From an uncultured virus (IMG/VR IMGVR_UViG_3300027977_001066) (Duplodnaviria; Heunggongvirae; Uroviricota; Caudoviricetes): a DNA stretch of 64,000 nt. Position numbers and translations under genes: made by a program. Location of the stretch: IMG/VR virus record IMGVR_UViG_3300027977_001066; one strand, written 5' to 3'. This document shows, piece after piece, positions 10,694-21,348 of the stretch (positions within the stretch are counted from its first letter, which is position 1; each line of letters starts with the position of its first letter). The notes under the pieces were generated by a model, which was not told where the DNA came from, ran no database searches, and was given only the letters and a program-made list of their open reading frames with translations.

Positions 10694-11067
10694 ACAAATA
10701 TAGTAAACCAGCGTTTAGTCCTACAAAAGTTGACAAATTAACCTTCTTTAAGGACCACATTATTGTATCCGATATGAAGTTTGATGAGCGTATCACAGCT
10801 GGTGGAATTATTTTAATGGATGACGACAAGAAAAGTTCTGGCATTCGACCACGTTGGGCAAAGATTTATGGATTGGGTCCTGATGTGAAGGATCCGGAAC
10901 TACAAATCGGTAAGTACATCCTCATTAGTCACGGACGTTGGACACGGGGTATTACAGTTGAAACACCAGAGGGCAAACAGACGTTGCGTAAAGTCGATCC
11001 TAATGATATACTATTGATATCGGATGAGCCGATGTATGATGAAACAATTAGCGACAAGGTATACTAA
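10690..11067 (+). CDS. groES: GroES-like co-chaperonin
   Basis: D.IIV...ERITAGGIIL mobile loop, GLGP and DILLI at the C-terminus. Confidence 0.75.
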   Translation: MNKYSKPAFSPTKVDKLTFFKDHIIVSDMKFDERITAGGIILMDDDKKSSGIRPRWAKIYGLGPDVKDPELQIGKYILISHGRWTRGITVETPEGKQTLRKVDPNDILLISDEPMYDETISDKVY

Positions 11068-11360
11068 TGATAAACTGGTTTAGACAAAAATTACATAACT
11101 TTATATTCCCCCAGGATACCAATGAGTTAGTAGAAACTAAAACTCATAGAGGGCGTGCCCTTATTAGTAGAGGGTCACAACTTGATAATAGAGGAATGAA
11201 TTTTACAATCCATATGGCTAATGGCGGCTATGTGTTAGAGTATTCAACTTACAACGATAAGACAGACAGACACGATAATGCATTACACATTATTAACTCT
11301 GATACAGATTTAGGTCAAGGTATCGCACACATCATCACACTTGAAATGTTAAGAAAATGA
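11067..11360 (+). CDS. Hypothetical protein
   Basis: TAATG-coupled ORF. Confidence 0.7.
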   Translation: MINWFRQKLHNFIFPQDTNELVETKTHRGRALISRGSQLDNRGMNFTIHMANGGYVLEYSTYNDKTDRHDNALHIINSDTDLGQGIAHIITLEMLRK

Positions 11361-12280
11361 AGAATAAACTTTGGGTAGAGAAATATCGTCCACACACTGT
11401 GCAAGACTATGTGTTCGTTGATGAAAGACAAAAGAAACAAGTAGAAGGCTGGGTACGTGATGGTAGTATTCCACACTTGTTATTATCAGGTGACCCGGGT
11501 ACAGGCAAGACCACTCTTGCTAAAGTATTGATACACGAACTTGGTGTAGAAGAATATGACGTATTAGAAATTAACGCTAGTAGAGAAAACGGTGTTGACA
11601 ATATGCGTGATAAGATTAATGGCTTTGTTCAAACAATGCCGTTCGGTAAATTTAAAGTAGTATTGTTAGATGAGGCTGATTATTTAACACAAGCTTCCCA
11701 AGCCGCATTGCGTAATGATATGGAAGCATATGCTGATACAGTAAGATATATTCTAACTTGTAACTATCAACATAAGATTATCCCTGCATTGAAGTCACGA
11801 TGCCATGAATTTCATATTGCAAAGACAGACCAAACAGAGTTCACTGCACGTGCGGCTACAGTATTGGTTACTGAGAATGTTGAATTTGATTTAGATGATT
11901 TAGATAGTTATGTTCGTGCAACATATCCAGACTTGCGTAAATGTTTAAATCAATTGCAGGTTAATAGTAATAATGGCAAATTGATGAAGCCACAAGCACA
12001 GGGTAGTAGTGAACATGAGTTATTGTTAGAAGCAACACAATTATTTAAAGCAGGTAAGATATTAGAGGCACGGCAACAGTTGATGCAATATATCGCTATG
12101 TATCCTACACGTATTGAAGATTGTTATCGTTGGATGTATGAGAATTTAGATTTGTGGGGTAACTCACAGGAACGTAAAGATGCAAGCATCATTACTATTC
12201 GAAATGGTTTAGCAAATCTGCCACTAGTAGGTATTCCTGAAATCAGTTTGGCAGCAACACTGGTGGAGTTAACAGCGTGA
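11357..12280 (+). CDS. Clamp loader AAA+ subunit (RFC small subunit / T4 gp44-like)
   Basis: LWVEKYRP, GDPGTGKTT, LEINAS, LLDEAD, ALKSRC and PDLRKCLN motifs. Confidence 0.92.
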   Translation: MKNKLWVEKYRPHTVQDYVFVDERQKKQVEGWVRDGSIPHLLLSGDPGTGKTTLAKVLIHELGVEEYDVLEINASRENGVDNMRDKINGFVQTMPFGKFKVVLLDEADYLTQASQAALRNDMEAYADTVRYILTCNYQHKIIPALKSRCHEFHIAKTDQTEFTARAATVLVTENVEFDLDDLDSYVRATYPDLRKCLNQLQVNSNNGKLMKPQAQGSSEHELLLEATQLFKAGKILEARQQLMQYIAMYPTRIEDCYRWMYENLDLWGNSQERKDASIITIRNGLANLPLVGIPEISLAATLVELTA

Positions 12281-12546
12281 GATATTTATTGATTACATTT
12301 ATGAGAAGACCGGGAGGTCAGATTGATGAGTCAGTTGCAGTAAGTAAGAAAGTTAAACCAGCAGATTTACAAACCTGTAATGTTATCATTGACTATGCAA
12401 AGAAAAAAGTAGACAAGTGTGTAATTGAAGGTAAGGTAGTTGATACTGATTTTGATAAGATGAACACATACTATAAGAAAGTATATACTAATCTGATTGA
12501 ACAATTGGAAAAAGAAGCGGCTATTACCGCAAATTCACAAAACTGA
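12277..12546 (+). CDS. Hypothetical protein
   Basis: GGAG RBS, GTG start overlapping the previous stop. Confidence 0.65.
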   Translation: MRYLLITFMRRPGGQIDESVAVSKKVKPADLQTCNVIIDYAKKKVDKCVIEGKVVDTDFDKMNTYYKKVYTNLIEQLEKEAAITANSQN

Positions 12547-12569
12547 AAAAGGGGCTTAAGCCCCTTTTT
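12546..12569. terminator. Bidirectional intrinsic terminator
   Basis: AAAAA-GGGGCTTAAGCCCC-TTTTT between convergent genes. Confidence 0.85.
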
Positions 12570-12570
12570 C

Positions 12571-13359
12571 TTATGCGTACATCTTTAGGATGTGTTCAAT
12601 AATTTTGTGACGTTGTATGTCACGCATATCAAACTTGCAAGACGCTAAACCTGGAATCACCCCCTTTCCACTCTCTAGCTTTGTTAAAAGGTCTAGGAGG
12701 CCATTCTCAGGCGTGCGTCTATCTGTCTGTTCTACATCACCAGTGATGACAATCTTACTACCGATCCCGATACGTGTCATAATCATTTTTAACTGGCTTG
12801 GGGTTGCATTTTGAGCTTCATCAAGTACAATCCAACTGTTTTTAAAGTTGCGACCTCTACAGAACGCTAGTGGAGCTATCTCTACTATTTGTTCTTCTAA
12901 CATATCGGCAATTTCTTTAGTTGAATAATACTCACGTAATACATCTAATAAAGGTCTTGTCCAAGGTTCCATCTTTTGATTGATATCCCCTGGTAAAAAA
13001 CCATGTTTTTCATCATCAACACCTACTGCGGGTCTGGATAGAATAATCCTATCACAGTCTCCGTTTCGCATTGCTTTGATAGCGGCTTGCATTGCAAGAT
13101 ATGTTTTTCCTGTCCCTGCAGGTCCCGAAACCACGACTATATCTGTCTTGTCATCAAGTAGTGCTAATATGTATTTTTCTTGATTAATGGATTTTGGGAT
13201 GAGTTCTACGGATTTACGTACCCTTGGTTTTTGCGTTACTTGTGCTTGTGAAAAGTCAATTGTTTTTGATTCTTTCGTATAAAATGTATTTCCTTCTTTT
13301 TTACTGTGTGAGAAGCGTGTGTCCTGTGTTCTTAATGCGCTAGTTTTTCTTTTGCTCAA
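12571..13359 (-). CDS. phoH: PhoH-family ATPase
   Basis: GPAGTGKTYLA, ILSRPAV, GFLPGD, IAPLAFCRGRNF, LDEAQN, ITGDVEQTD. Confidence 0.95.
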   Translation of the reverse strand: MSKRKTSALRTQDTRFSHSKKEGNTFYTKESKTIDFSQAQVTQKPRVRKSVELIPKSINQEKYILALLDDKTDIVVVSGPAGTGKTYLAMQAAIKAMRNGDCDRIILSRPAVGVDDEKHGFLPGDINQKMEPWTRPLLDVLREYYSTKEIADMLEEQIVEIAPLAFCRGRNFKNSWIVLDEAQNATPSQLKMIMTRIGIGSKIVITGDVEQTDRRTPENGLLDLLTKLESGKGVIPGLASCKFDMRDIQRHKIIEHILKMYA

Positions 13360-13527
13360 GTTGTTCTCCTTTGTAGAGCGTGAGTACTCATAATACTCAA
13401 TATTATTTAAGGTTAATATATATCAACATAGTAGCATACTTTTAGCACACATATAAATGATAAATATTAGGCTAATTTGGGCCTTATTCAAATCTATATA
13501 TAAAATCAGATTAAGATAAATATATGC

Positions 13528-14154
13528 ATGAGTACCTTACCTACAGCCGACGATTTTTTTGATGATGTTGATTATGTCAGCATTATCAGCACCATTAAAG
13601 GGATATACACCAGCAACGGTTCTATGTCCGTATTATTAGACTTTGAACGTGTTTTGGATGAAGCCGATTTATATGCTTTTAGAAACTGGCAACTTGGAGA
13701 ATTAGTTCAAGGACCTGTTGTAAAACGATATAGTGTAGCCTGTATGTTTATGTGGCCATACAAACTAATGCCTGACCCAACCGGGGCCAAACGTTTAGTT
13801 AAATTGGGTTGTAAAATACAATGGAAAAAAACTTCAATTCAAGTTCCAGTTGAAGTAGATGATTATGACGATTATGTACCAGGGACACGCTATCCAAAGA
13901 TGAATAAAAAAGCAGTCTGGCTGGTCAACATTGAAATGCCTAAAGAAATTATGGATGACATACGTGAAGGTAGTATTGACTTAGCTGGACAGAATATTGA
14001 CTTGAATGAACTTGACGATTCATATATAGATGATTTAGAGTCAGAAGATAGTGATGGTAGTGAAGATGGTGGTTTAAATCAACAGCAAGAACCGGGTATG
14101 ACGGGTAATATGCCATTAGATGCTAATGCACCTCCCCCAATGGGAGCAATGTAA
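13528..14154 (+). CDS. Hypothetical protein with acidic C-terminus
   Basis: 208-aa ORF; TAAATA at 13517-13522. Confidence 0.75.
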   Translation: MSTLPTADDFFDDVDYVSIISTIKGIYTSNGSMSVLLDFERVLDEADLYAFRNWQLGELVQGPVVKRYSVACMFMWPYKLMPDPTGAKRLVKLGCKIQWKKTSIQVPVEVDDYDDYVPGTRYPKMNKKAVWLVNIEMPKEIMDDIREGSIDLAGQNIDLNELDDSYIDDLESEDSDGSEDGGLNQQQEPGMTGNMPLDANAPPPMGAM

Positions 14155-14155
14155 T

Positions 14156-14707
14156 ATGAGTAAAATTATAATTAACGAAGGTTTAGACTATCACGACTTA
14201 GAGGGTCAATTACTACCACAAGTCACAGTAGATGAATATGCCGCGCATATGGGTAAAGACAGTGAAATTGTTACACTAGCATTTACTATTAAAAACAAAC
14301 AAGCCGGTGACGATCTATGTGATTGGTTTGAGCGTGGGTATGATTTTGTACTAGACGCACAGGTTAGTGATGGTGAAATAAGTCCCGGGCGATATCTGGT
14401 GTTTGTAGAAATGAATCGTAGAAGTAGTGTTCCATCACGTATCATTGAGTTATTAGAAGATTTAAAAACACTAACTGATATGAAATTAAGTGATTGGACT
14501 GTTATGATTGATAGTGAAGAATATGAACCAACAGAAGAAGTACTAAAACAAGTATTAGTTTTATCACCGCATAACTATCGTGTTGAAGAAGAACGTGAAG
14601 AAGATTTAAATGAAATGAGACATCGTGCAGGATTAGATGTTAAACCTATATACACAGATAAACAGGATGCTGAACTTAAAGCATTCAAGTCAATAGCAGG
14701 ATTATAA
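14156..14707 (+). CDS. Hypothetical protein (N-terminus MSKIIINE)
   Basis: Start reassigned to the ATG at 14156, just after the previous stop. Confidence 0.7.
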   Translation: MSKIIINEGLDYHDLEGQLLPQVTVDEYAAHMGKDSEIVTLAFTIKNKQAGDDLCDWFERGYDFVLDAQVSDGEISPGRYLVFVEMNRRSSVPSRIIELLEDLKTLTDMKLSDWTVMIDSEEYEPTEEVLKQVLVLSPHNYRVEEEREEDLNEMRHRAGLDVKPIYTDKQDAELKAFKSIAGL

Positions 14708-14709
14708 AT

Positions 14710-15321
14710 ATGCCAACTATATTACCTAAAAAAGCAGGATATGAAGTACCAACAGCATTAGATGACGACCACTATGATGCACTAGCGTCTGACCCGTCAA
14801 TTCAACAATTTCCACAAGGTAGCAGTTATGGTTCAAACACATCATTTGGCGGGCCTTCAGCATTTGGCTCACCTTCGTCAGGAGGCTTCGGTGGCGGTTC
14901 GTTTGGTTCATCAGGATCGTTCTCAAATCCTGGCTTCAATCAACAATCAACATCAGGCTTCGGAAGCACACAGAACATTAATCAATCAAACAGCAATCAA
15001 CCAGTACTCACAGGAGCCGCACCAACAAATGCCGCCAGTGGAGCAGATGTATTAGTCGCACATGATAAAGATTCAACTGATTGGATCAACAAAAAATGGC
15101 GTCCAGTTATGGGTTGGATCTATATGCTAACTTGTACAATGGACTTTGTTATATTCCCAATATTATGGAGCTTATTGCAAGCAATGAGCAAAGGTAGTGT
15201 TACAATGCAATGGCAACCATTGACATTACAAGGTGCTGGTCTTTACCACATCGCTATGGGTGCTGTTCTTGGTATTGCCGCATATGGCCGTACAAAAGAA
15301 AAGATTGAGGGTAAATCTTAA
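14710..15321 (+). CDS. Holin-like membrane protein (3TM, gene-transfer-release type) with G/S/F-rich N-terminal region
   Basis: KKWRPVMGW...DFVIFPILW...GAVLGIAAYGRTKEK hydrophobic helices. Confidence 0.6.
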   Translation: MPTILPKKAGYEVPTALDDDHYDALASDPSIQQFPQGSSYGSNTSFGGPSAFGSPSSGGFGGGSFGSSGSFSNPGFNQQSTSGFGSTQNINQSNSNQPVLTGAAPTNAASGADVLVAHDKDSTDWINKKWRPVMGWIYMLTCTMDFVIFPILWSLLQAMSKGSVTMQWQPLTLQGAGLYHIAMGAVLGIAAYGRTKEKIEGKS

Positions 15322-15322
15322 T

Positions 15323-15351
15323 TTGACTATTAACACATAAGGTGTTATACT
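15323..15351 (+). promoter_or_regulatory. Sigma70-type promoter TTGACT-N17-TATACT
   Basis: Near-consensus hexamers; dnaJ ATG at 15358. Confidence 0.75.
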
Positions 15352-15357
15352 ATTCAG

Positions 15358-16152
15358 ATGGATCATTATCAAACGTTGGGTGTAGCTAAAAATGCTACCC
15401 CTGACGACATAAAAAAATCATATCGTAAACTAGCAAGTAAACATCATCCTGATAAGGGAGGAGATACTGCTACGTTCCAAAAGATAGAAGAAGCATATCG
15501 TATTCTTAGTGACCCGAATCAACGACAGCAATATGATAATCCAATGCCTCAAGGTAATCCTTTTGGAGGATTTCAGGGTGGAGGATTTAATTTTAACGGT
15601 GATTTAAATGATTTGTTTGGACAAATGTTTCAACAACATAATCGTAGAAATCCAAACATACCCCATACATTTAGAACAACAGTTAGTGTCACACTTGAAC
15701 AAGCATATTACGGAGACACGCAAAATTTAAAACTACAAACACCTAATGGCACTCATGCTATCAACATACAAATACCTAGAGGTGTAACTCACGGAGCACA
15801 AATGCGTTATGAAAACGTTATACCACACTCTATATTACTTGTTGAATTCCACGTTCAAAATCATTTAAAGTATGAAAGAAGAAATAATGATTTATACTGT
15901 AATCATACTATATCAGTTTTAGACTTAATAGTTGGTACTGAATTTGAATTCAATACCCTCGCAGGTAAAACATTATTAGTAAAAATACCACCAAAAACAC
16001 AACCGCATATGCATTTAAAAATAGCAGGAGAAGGCATGCCCATTGTCAATAGTAATCTTTTTGGCGACCAAATCATATTGATTAAACCAATTATACCTGA
16101 TATAATTGACTCTGAAATAACTGATAGCATTATGCGTTTTAAAGCTAAGTAA
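15358..16152 (+). CDS. dnaJ: DnaJ/CbpA-type co-chaperone (no zinc finger)
   Basis: J-domain YQTLGV...HHPDKGG, G/F region and a C-terminal GEGMP domain. Confidence 0.9.
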   Translation: MDHYQTLGVAKNATPDDIKKSYRKLASKHHPDKGGDTATFQKIEEAYRILSDPNQRQQYDNPMPQGNPFGGFQGGGFNFNGDLNDLFGQMFQQHNRRNPNIPHTFRTTVSVTLEQAYYGDTQNLKLQTPNGTHAINIQIPRGVTHGAQMRYENVIPHSILLVEFHVQNHLKYERRNNDLYCNHTISVLDLIVGTEFEFNTLAGKTLLVKIPPKTQPHMHLKIAGEGMPIVNSNLFGDQIILIKPIIPDIIDSEITDSIMRFKAK

Positions 16153-16175
16153 ATAAATATAAAGGAAATAATACT

Positions 16176-18452
16176 TTGACCAACTCACCCGAAATTGAAA
16201 ACATTATTGAACAAGCTATTGCTTTTGCAAAAGAACGTAAACATCAATATTGTACCGTTGAGCATTTGCTACTATCATTAATTAATCACACACCATTTAA
16301 AAAATGCTTAGATAGTTTTGGTGCTGATACTGAATTAATGACTCAGGAAGTAGGTAGCTATCTAGATGGATTACATGCTATTGAATTAAAACATATTGCA
16401 ATGGAAGAAGTTCAACCACGTAAAACAAACAGTTTAGAACGTGTTATGAACCGTAGTGTAACACAAGTATTGTTCACTGGTCGTAGACAAGTTACAACGA
16501 TTGATTTGTATCTAAGTATGGCAAGTGAAGGCAATAGTCACGCACATTACTTCTTATTGAAGTATGGGATTAACAAACAAGAGTTTGTAACTCATTGGCA
16601 AAAAACATACAAGGGAGCTGAATTCACTACTAAACTAAGTGATGGTCAAGCAGATGAAATTTTAGAAGAATATACTATCAATCTAAGTGAATTGGCTAGA
16701 CAAGGTAAACTTGAACCACTAATTGGTCGTGCAAAAGAACTTGATGAGATTGTTAATGTATTGGCTAAACGATTCAAGTCAAATGTATTAATGGTAGGTG
16801 ATCCGGGAGTAGGTAAAACTGCCATCGCAGAAGGTCTTGCACAAACTATTGTTATGGGTGACTGCCCTGAATTTATTCTTAATCACGATGTATATAGTCT
16901 TGAAGTAGGTTCACTACTTGCTGGTAGCAAGTATCGCGGTGACTTTGAAGAAAAAGTTAAGCACGTATTAGACGCATTGAACACAAAAAAGAAAGCCATA
17001 TTATTCATTGACGAAGCACACACAATGAAAGGTAGTGGTGGAGGATCTGGTGGAGGAAGTGTTGACTTTGCTAATATGATTAAGCCTGCAATTACTAAAG
17101 GTACATTGAAAGTTATCGCTAGTACTACTTGGGAAGAGTACTATGAATCATTTGAAAAGGATCGTGCGTTAATGCGTAGATTCTATCGTGTAAGTATTGA
17201 CGAACCAAATAAAGATACAACTATCAGGATTCTCACTGGATTAAGTGAAAGATTGAATGACTTCCATGGTGTTGAAATTACTCCTGAATCAGTTACTGCC
17301 GCAGTAGAAAGTGCTGAACGTTATATTCACGATAGAAAAAATCCAGACAAATCTATCGACTTGCTTGATGCGGCTTGTGCTAGACAGAAAGTTGATGGCA
17401 ATAGGGGAATTCAGATTACTAAAGATATGATTTTTCAGCAAGTTGAACGCTTTACAGGTGTCCCTGCTGATAAACTTAGTGGTGATAACATGGATCGTAT
17501 TCAAACACTTGAAGTTAATGTCAAGGGTAAACTGTATGGACAGGATGAAACAGTTGATAAGGTACTTGAACGAGTATATGTTAGTTTTGCAGGTATTGGT
17601 AGTGAGACTAAACCTACAGCAAGTTTCTTGTTCTTAGGCCCAACTGGTACAGGTAAAACAGAATTAGCTAAGTTGTTAAGTAAAAACTTAGAGATGCCAT
17701 TGCTCAAATATGACATGAGTGAATACGGTGAAAGACATTCAGTATCTAGTTTGATTGGACCTCCTCCTGGTTATGTTGGCTTTGGTGACAGTCAAGTAAG
17801 TGGTGGTAGATTAATCAACGACCTAAGTAAGAACCCACATAGTATCTTGTTGTTTGACGAAGTTGAAAAAGCACACCCGGATATCTTTAACATCTTCTTG
17901 CAGATGCTAGATGAAGGGCGTGTAACTGGTAGTAACGGTAAAGAAGTTAACTGTAAGAATACTATCATTATTATGACTAGTAACTTGGGTAGTAGTGATA
18001 GTGAACGTAATAACATTGGTTTTGGTAATCAAGAAAAATCGGGTGAGGATGACAAAGCACTAAAAGAATTCTTTAAACCAGAATTCAGAAATCGTTTAGA
18101 TTTGGTATGTAAGTTTAACAAATTGGATATGCTTGCGATTAAGAAGATTGTTGTTAAGTTTGCAGAACAATTAAAAGATTCATTGTTAGACAAGCACAAT
18201 ATTACATTGAACTTATCAGAACCTGTAGTTGAGTATTTGGCTGAACAGGGTTATGATAAGAAGATGGGCGCAAGACCGTTAGCACGTAAGATTGATGAGT
18301 TGATTCGTGTACCGTTAAGTAAGAAGATTTTATTTGAACGCATTAAAAATAGTGTTATCACAGCGGTTATGACTGATGACGTTATTGAATATAGCGTGAC
18401 ACAAAAATCAATAGCAAGAGTGGGCGAAGATGGGATTATTGAAATTAGTTAA
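16176..18452 (+). CDS. clpA: ClpA-type AAA+ unfoldase
   Basis: N-domain EHLLLSL; two NBDs (GDPGVGKT, GPTGTGKT); KYRGDFE, PPGYVG and MGARPL motifs; IGF loop present; no long ClpB M-domain (758 aa). Confidence 0.9.
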   Translation: MTNSPEIENIIEQAIAFAKERKHQYCTVEHLLLSLINHTPFKKCLDSFGADTELMTQEVGSYLDGLHAIELKHIAMEEVQPRKTNSLERVMNRSVTQVLFTGRRQVTTIDLYLSMASEGNSHAHYFLLKYGINKQEFVTHWQKTYKGAEFTTKLSDGQADEILEEYTINLSELARQGKLEPLIGRAKELDEIVNVLAKRFKSNVLMVGDPGVGKTAIAEGLAQTIVMGDCPEFILNHDVYSLEVGSLLAGSKYRGDFEEKVKHVLDALNTKKKAILFIDEAHTMKGSGGGSGGGSVDFANMIKPAITKGTLKVIASTTWEEYYESFEKDRALMRRFYRVSIDEPNKDTTIRILTGLSERLNDFHGVEITPESVTAAVESAERYIHDRKNPDKSIDLLDAACARQKVDGNRGIQITKDMIFQQVERFTGVPADKLSGDNMDRIQTLEVNVKGKLYGQDETVDKVLERVYVSFAGIGSETKPTASFLFLGPTGTGKTELAKLLSKNLEMPLLKYDMSEYGERHSVSSLIGPPPGYVGFGDSQVSGGRLINDLSKNPHSILLFDEVEKAHPDIFNIFLQMLDEGRVTGSNGKEVNCKNTIIIMTSNLGSSDSERNNIGFGNQEKSGEDDKALKEFFKPEFRNRLDLVCKFNKLDMLAIKKIVVKFAEQLKDSLLDKHNITLNLSEPVVEYLAEQGYDKKMGARPLARKIDELIRVPLSKKILFERIKNSVITAVMTDDVIEYSVTQKSIARVGEDGIIEIS

Positions 18453-19161
18453 AGACGTACCCGGTGTTGATTTTTATGAATATCGGGATAGTGATTACTA
18501 TAACAAATACGAATACCGAGCAAGATTTCAACTTGTAGGTGTTCGTTATACATGGTATATCAAACACAATATCCAAGAACTAGTTGATAGATTGGATGCT
18601 CCTGCAGTAGGCTTAAGTTATCATCGTATTGCATATGAACGAGATGACGTGAGGGCCAATCTTTCTAAATTAGAAAAGTTCATACATTGGCGAAATCTTA
18701 TTAAAAAGAATAAAACATCTAGTATTAGAATCGAACATAATACTGTAGCGGTGTTTAGTAATGACTTGCAAGAATTAAGAGACATTATAAATCACATTCC
18801 AGATATTGAGATAGATTATACACAGGTTCAAAAATCTGATTTTATAGGAATTAAGCATTTTGTGCGTAAGCCTAATCATAAATTTAGAGTTTATCTAAAA
18901 TCTAGACGAGTTGAGGGAACTTTTGCAGTAGACCTGAACGATATGTTTAAGAAAAACAAGTCAATATACCCTAGTCCTGCACTAAAACATTGGGCTAAAG
19001 GCTCGATTCACAACAATCAGCATAGTTGGAGATATCGATATAGTAATGCTAGTCATTTTATTGATTATGATGACGAGAGCGTATTGAGTTATCTGGCATT
19101 AATTTATGGAGATATGCTTGGAAAACGTTACAAATTAGAAAAACGACCTGATCCTGTTTAA
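18430..19161 (+). CDS. Hypothetical protein
   Basis: 243-aa ORF overlapping the clpA end. Confidence 0.7.
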   Translation: MGLLKLVKDVPGVDFYEYRDSDYYNKYEYRARFQLVGVRYTWYIKHNIQELVDRLDAPAVGLSYHRIAYERDDVRANLSKLEKFIHWRNLIKKNKTSSIRIEHNTVAVFSNDLQELRDIINHIPDIEIDYTQVQKSDFIGIKHFVRKPNHKFRVYLKSRRVEGTFAVDLNDMFKKNKSIYPSPALKHWAKGSIHNNQHSWRYRYSNASHFIDYDDESVLSYLALIYGDMLGKRYKLEKRPDPV

Positions 19162-19196
19162 AATGATAAATACTCTAATAAAATGGAGTATTTACC

Positions 19197-19361
19197 ATGG
19201 CAAAGATTGTAACAGAATCAATTGTAATCACGTTTAGTAAGATAGTAAAAGACAATGATGAAGGAACTAGTATCACTAGTCCTGATATCCAAGCGGCTTT
19301 AGAACAAGTTGCCCAAGAATTAATTGGTGATAGTGTAGTTGTTGAGGTTGTAAAAGCATAA
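19197..19361 (+). CDS. Small hypothetical protein MAKIVTESIVITFSK...VVVEVVKA (54 aa, not in the ORF track)
   Basis: GATAAATA late promoter, GGAG RBS and TAATG coupling to the next gene. Confidence 0.8.
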   Translation: MAKIVTESIVITFSKIVKDNDEGTSITSPDIQAALEQVAQELIGDSVVVEVVKA

Positions 19362-19726
19362 TGAGCCAAACAACCACACTCATATTATTACCACAAACTA
19401 CTTGGAGTTCACAGGTTGCGAATGGTAATTCCTATACGGTTACCGGTAATAGCCAACCGGCTGCATCATATGTTATAACTCCCAGAGCACTACAAACGGT
19501 TAATATTAACTTATCAGACGTAAATGGTAATATAATTATTCAAGCTACGTTAGCAACCAGTCCGCTTGAAAATGATTGGTTTAAAGTGTATGAGTTAGTA
19601 GCTGACAGTAACGCTAATGCAAATTCAAGTATGTACACCAACATTGAAGGTAGCTATGTGTATATGAGAGCAAAGGTTGAGGATTTCTCTCAGGGTGTTG
19701 TTAATTTTGTAAAGTTAAGTTATTAA
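19361..19726 (+). CDS. Hypothetical beta-rich protein, probably structural
   Basis: Coupled ORF in a late operon. Confidence 0.65.
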   Translation: MSQTTTLILLPQTTWSSQVANGNSYTVTGNSQPAASYVITPRALQTVNINLSDVNGNIIIQATLATSPLENDWFKVYELVADSNANANSSMYTNIEGSYVYMRAKVEDFSQGVVNFVKLSY

Positions 19727-21292
19727 ATGAGAACTATTGTCATTATGCCGGGAGGCTTTCATCCGTTTCACGCAGGACACGCCGCATTATATAAGAGTGC
19801 AGTAAAAGCATTTAATAATGCTGATGTGTATGTAGCCGCTACTAATGACACAAAAACAAGACCATTCCCTTTTGCTATTAAAGAGAAGTTAGCAAAATTA
19901 GCCGGTGTAGCTGATAAGCACTTTGTGCAAGTTAAGAGTCCATTCAAGGCAGAAGAAATCACACAACATTATAACCCAGATGAAGATGTATTAATCTTTG
20001 TTCGTAGTGAAAAAGATAAGAACGAACAACCCAAGCCAGGTGGTACAAAGAAAGATGGTAGTCCAGCTTACTTTCAACCTTGGACTGGTAAGAACTTACA
20101 GCCATTTAATAAACACGCATATATTGCTTACTTACCAACAGTAGAGTTTGGTCCTGGCATTACAAGTGCAAGTGAAATTCGTGCGGCATGGCCCACATTG
20201 AATGATAAACGCAAGACCGCAATGGTTATGAGTTTATATCCTGTAACACAAAAGAATCCTAAGCTTGCCGCTAATGTTGTTAAGATGTTAGATATGGGCA
20301 TGGGTAACGAATTAGCAGAAGGATCATTAAACGAATTTGTCCCACCCAGTAGTGACGATGGCGGCGGAGATAGTAGAAGTCGTAGAATAAGAAAATTATT
20401 AGAAATTGCTATACAAGTAGCAAAGCAAAAAAATGTTGATGAATTAGGTATGATTCATGGTATGAATATGATAGCAGGTGATGAATTTTTCAATACAACA
20501 GTTGAAGGTATATTATCGGACATAACAGATAAAGAATATATGTTTGTGCTACAAAGTGCTTATAAAACAGTAAAGCAAGGTTTGGCAGAAGCAAAGAAAA
20601 AAAGAAAAAAGAAAAGTAAAAATCGTAGTCTTGGAAGATACTTCTTTCCGGGATATAGTTACTACGGTGGTGGTAGTGAATCAGGTGAGGGTGGAGGCGA
20701 CGGTGGAGGAGGAGAAAGCATCAATCATAATATGACTGAAGGTCCTTTTGTACAACGTATTATGCATCCTAAGAAAGTTAGTATCTATTTAAGATTAGGT
20801 AAAGGTTCCAAGTTAGTTGCAACTGATATACCTTATGAAATATTAGATAGCTATGTAAAGAAAGTTATTCAGAAATATCCACAGTTTAAACCTACTGATT
20901 TCTCATTCAAATCATCTGACAAAGTAACTGAAAATTTGGGTATACCTTATCCTACTACCTATGAACAAGAGAACAACAAGTTCAAACGTAGAGGTCCAAT
21001 GCGTATAACTGCTATGACTGAGTTTGCTACACCTGGTAGTGATGATAGAGAACCGGACGAGGAAGAAATATTGCGTCAATTAGCCGCACAATGGTGGAAT
21101 GGTTCAATACAACAAATGAAGAAAGCCCAACAAACATTACAAGCAATGGGTTGGGAGATTGGTCAAGATGAATCCGATGATGACGATGCCGGTGTATTTG
21201 TTATACGAATAGGTGATGAGAACGGTGATAGCTATATTGCTTTCCCCCATAGTGAATTAGGTTTAAATGAGGATTACCTAAACGAAGAATAA
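19727..21292 (+). CDS. HxGH nucleotidyltransferase-like N-domain fused to multiple xE-delimited modules
   Basis: PGGFHPFHAGH and SASEIR motifs; C-terminal modules begin after LAE/LNE/MTE/VTE. Confidence 0.75.
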   Translation: MRTIVIMPGGFHPFHAGHAALYKSAVKAFNNADVYVAATNDTKTRPFPFAIKEKLAKLAGVADKHFVQVKSPFKAEEITQHYNPDEDVLIFVRSEKDKNEQPKPGGTKKDGSPAYFQPWTGKNLQPFNKHAYIAYLPTVEFGPGITSASEIRAAWPTLNDKRKTAMVMSLYPVTQKNPKLAANVVKMLDMGMGNELAEGSLNEFVPPSSDDGGGDSRSRRIRKLLEIAIQVAKQKNVDELGMIHGMNMIAGDEFFNTTVEGILSDITDKEYMFVLQSAYKTVKQGLAEAKKKRKKKSKNRSLGRYFFPGYSYYGGGSESGEGGGDGGGGESINHNMTEGPFVQRIMHPKKVSIYLRLGKGSKLVATDIPYEILDSYVKKVIQKYPQFKPTDFSFKSSDKVTENLGIPYPTTYEQENNKFKRRGPMRITAMTEFATPGSDDREPDEEEILRQLAAQWWNGSIQQMKKAQQTLQAMGWEIGQDESDDDDAGVFVIRIGDENGDSYIAFPHSELGLNEDYLNEE

Positions 21293-21348
21293 AAATATTT
21301 CGACCCCTCTTAACTAGTGTAAATATTTACATCATTTAAGAGGACCAA

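Noticed and set aside
19175..19369. Listed minus-strand 64-aa ORF
   Set aside because: The + strand ORF 19197..19361 has a promoter, RBS and translational coupling, and explains the region better.
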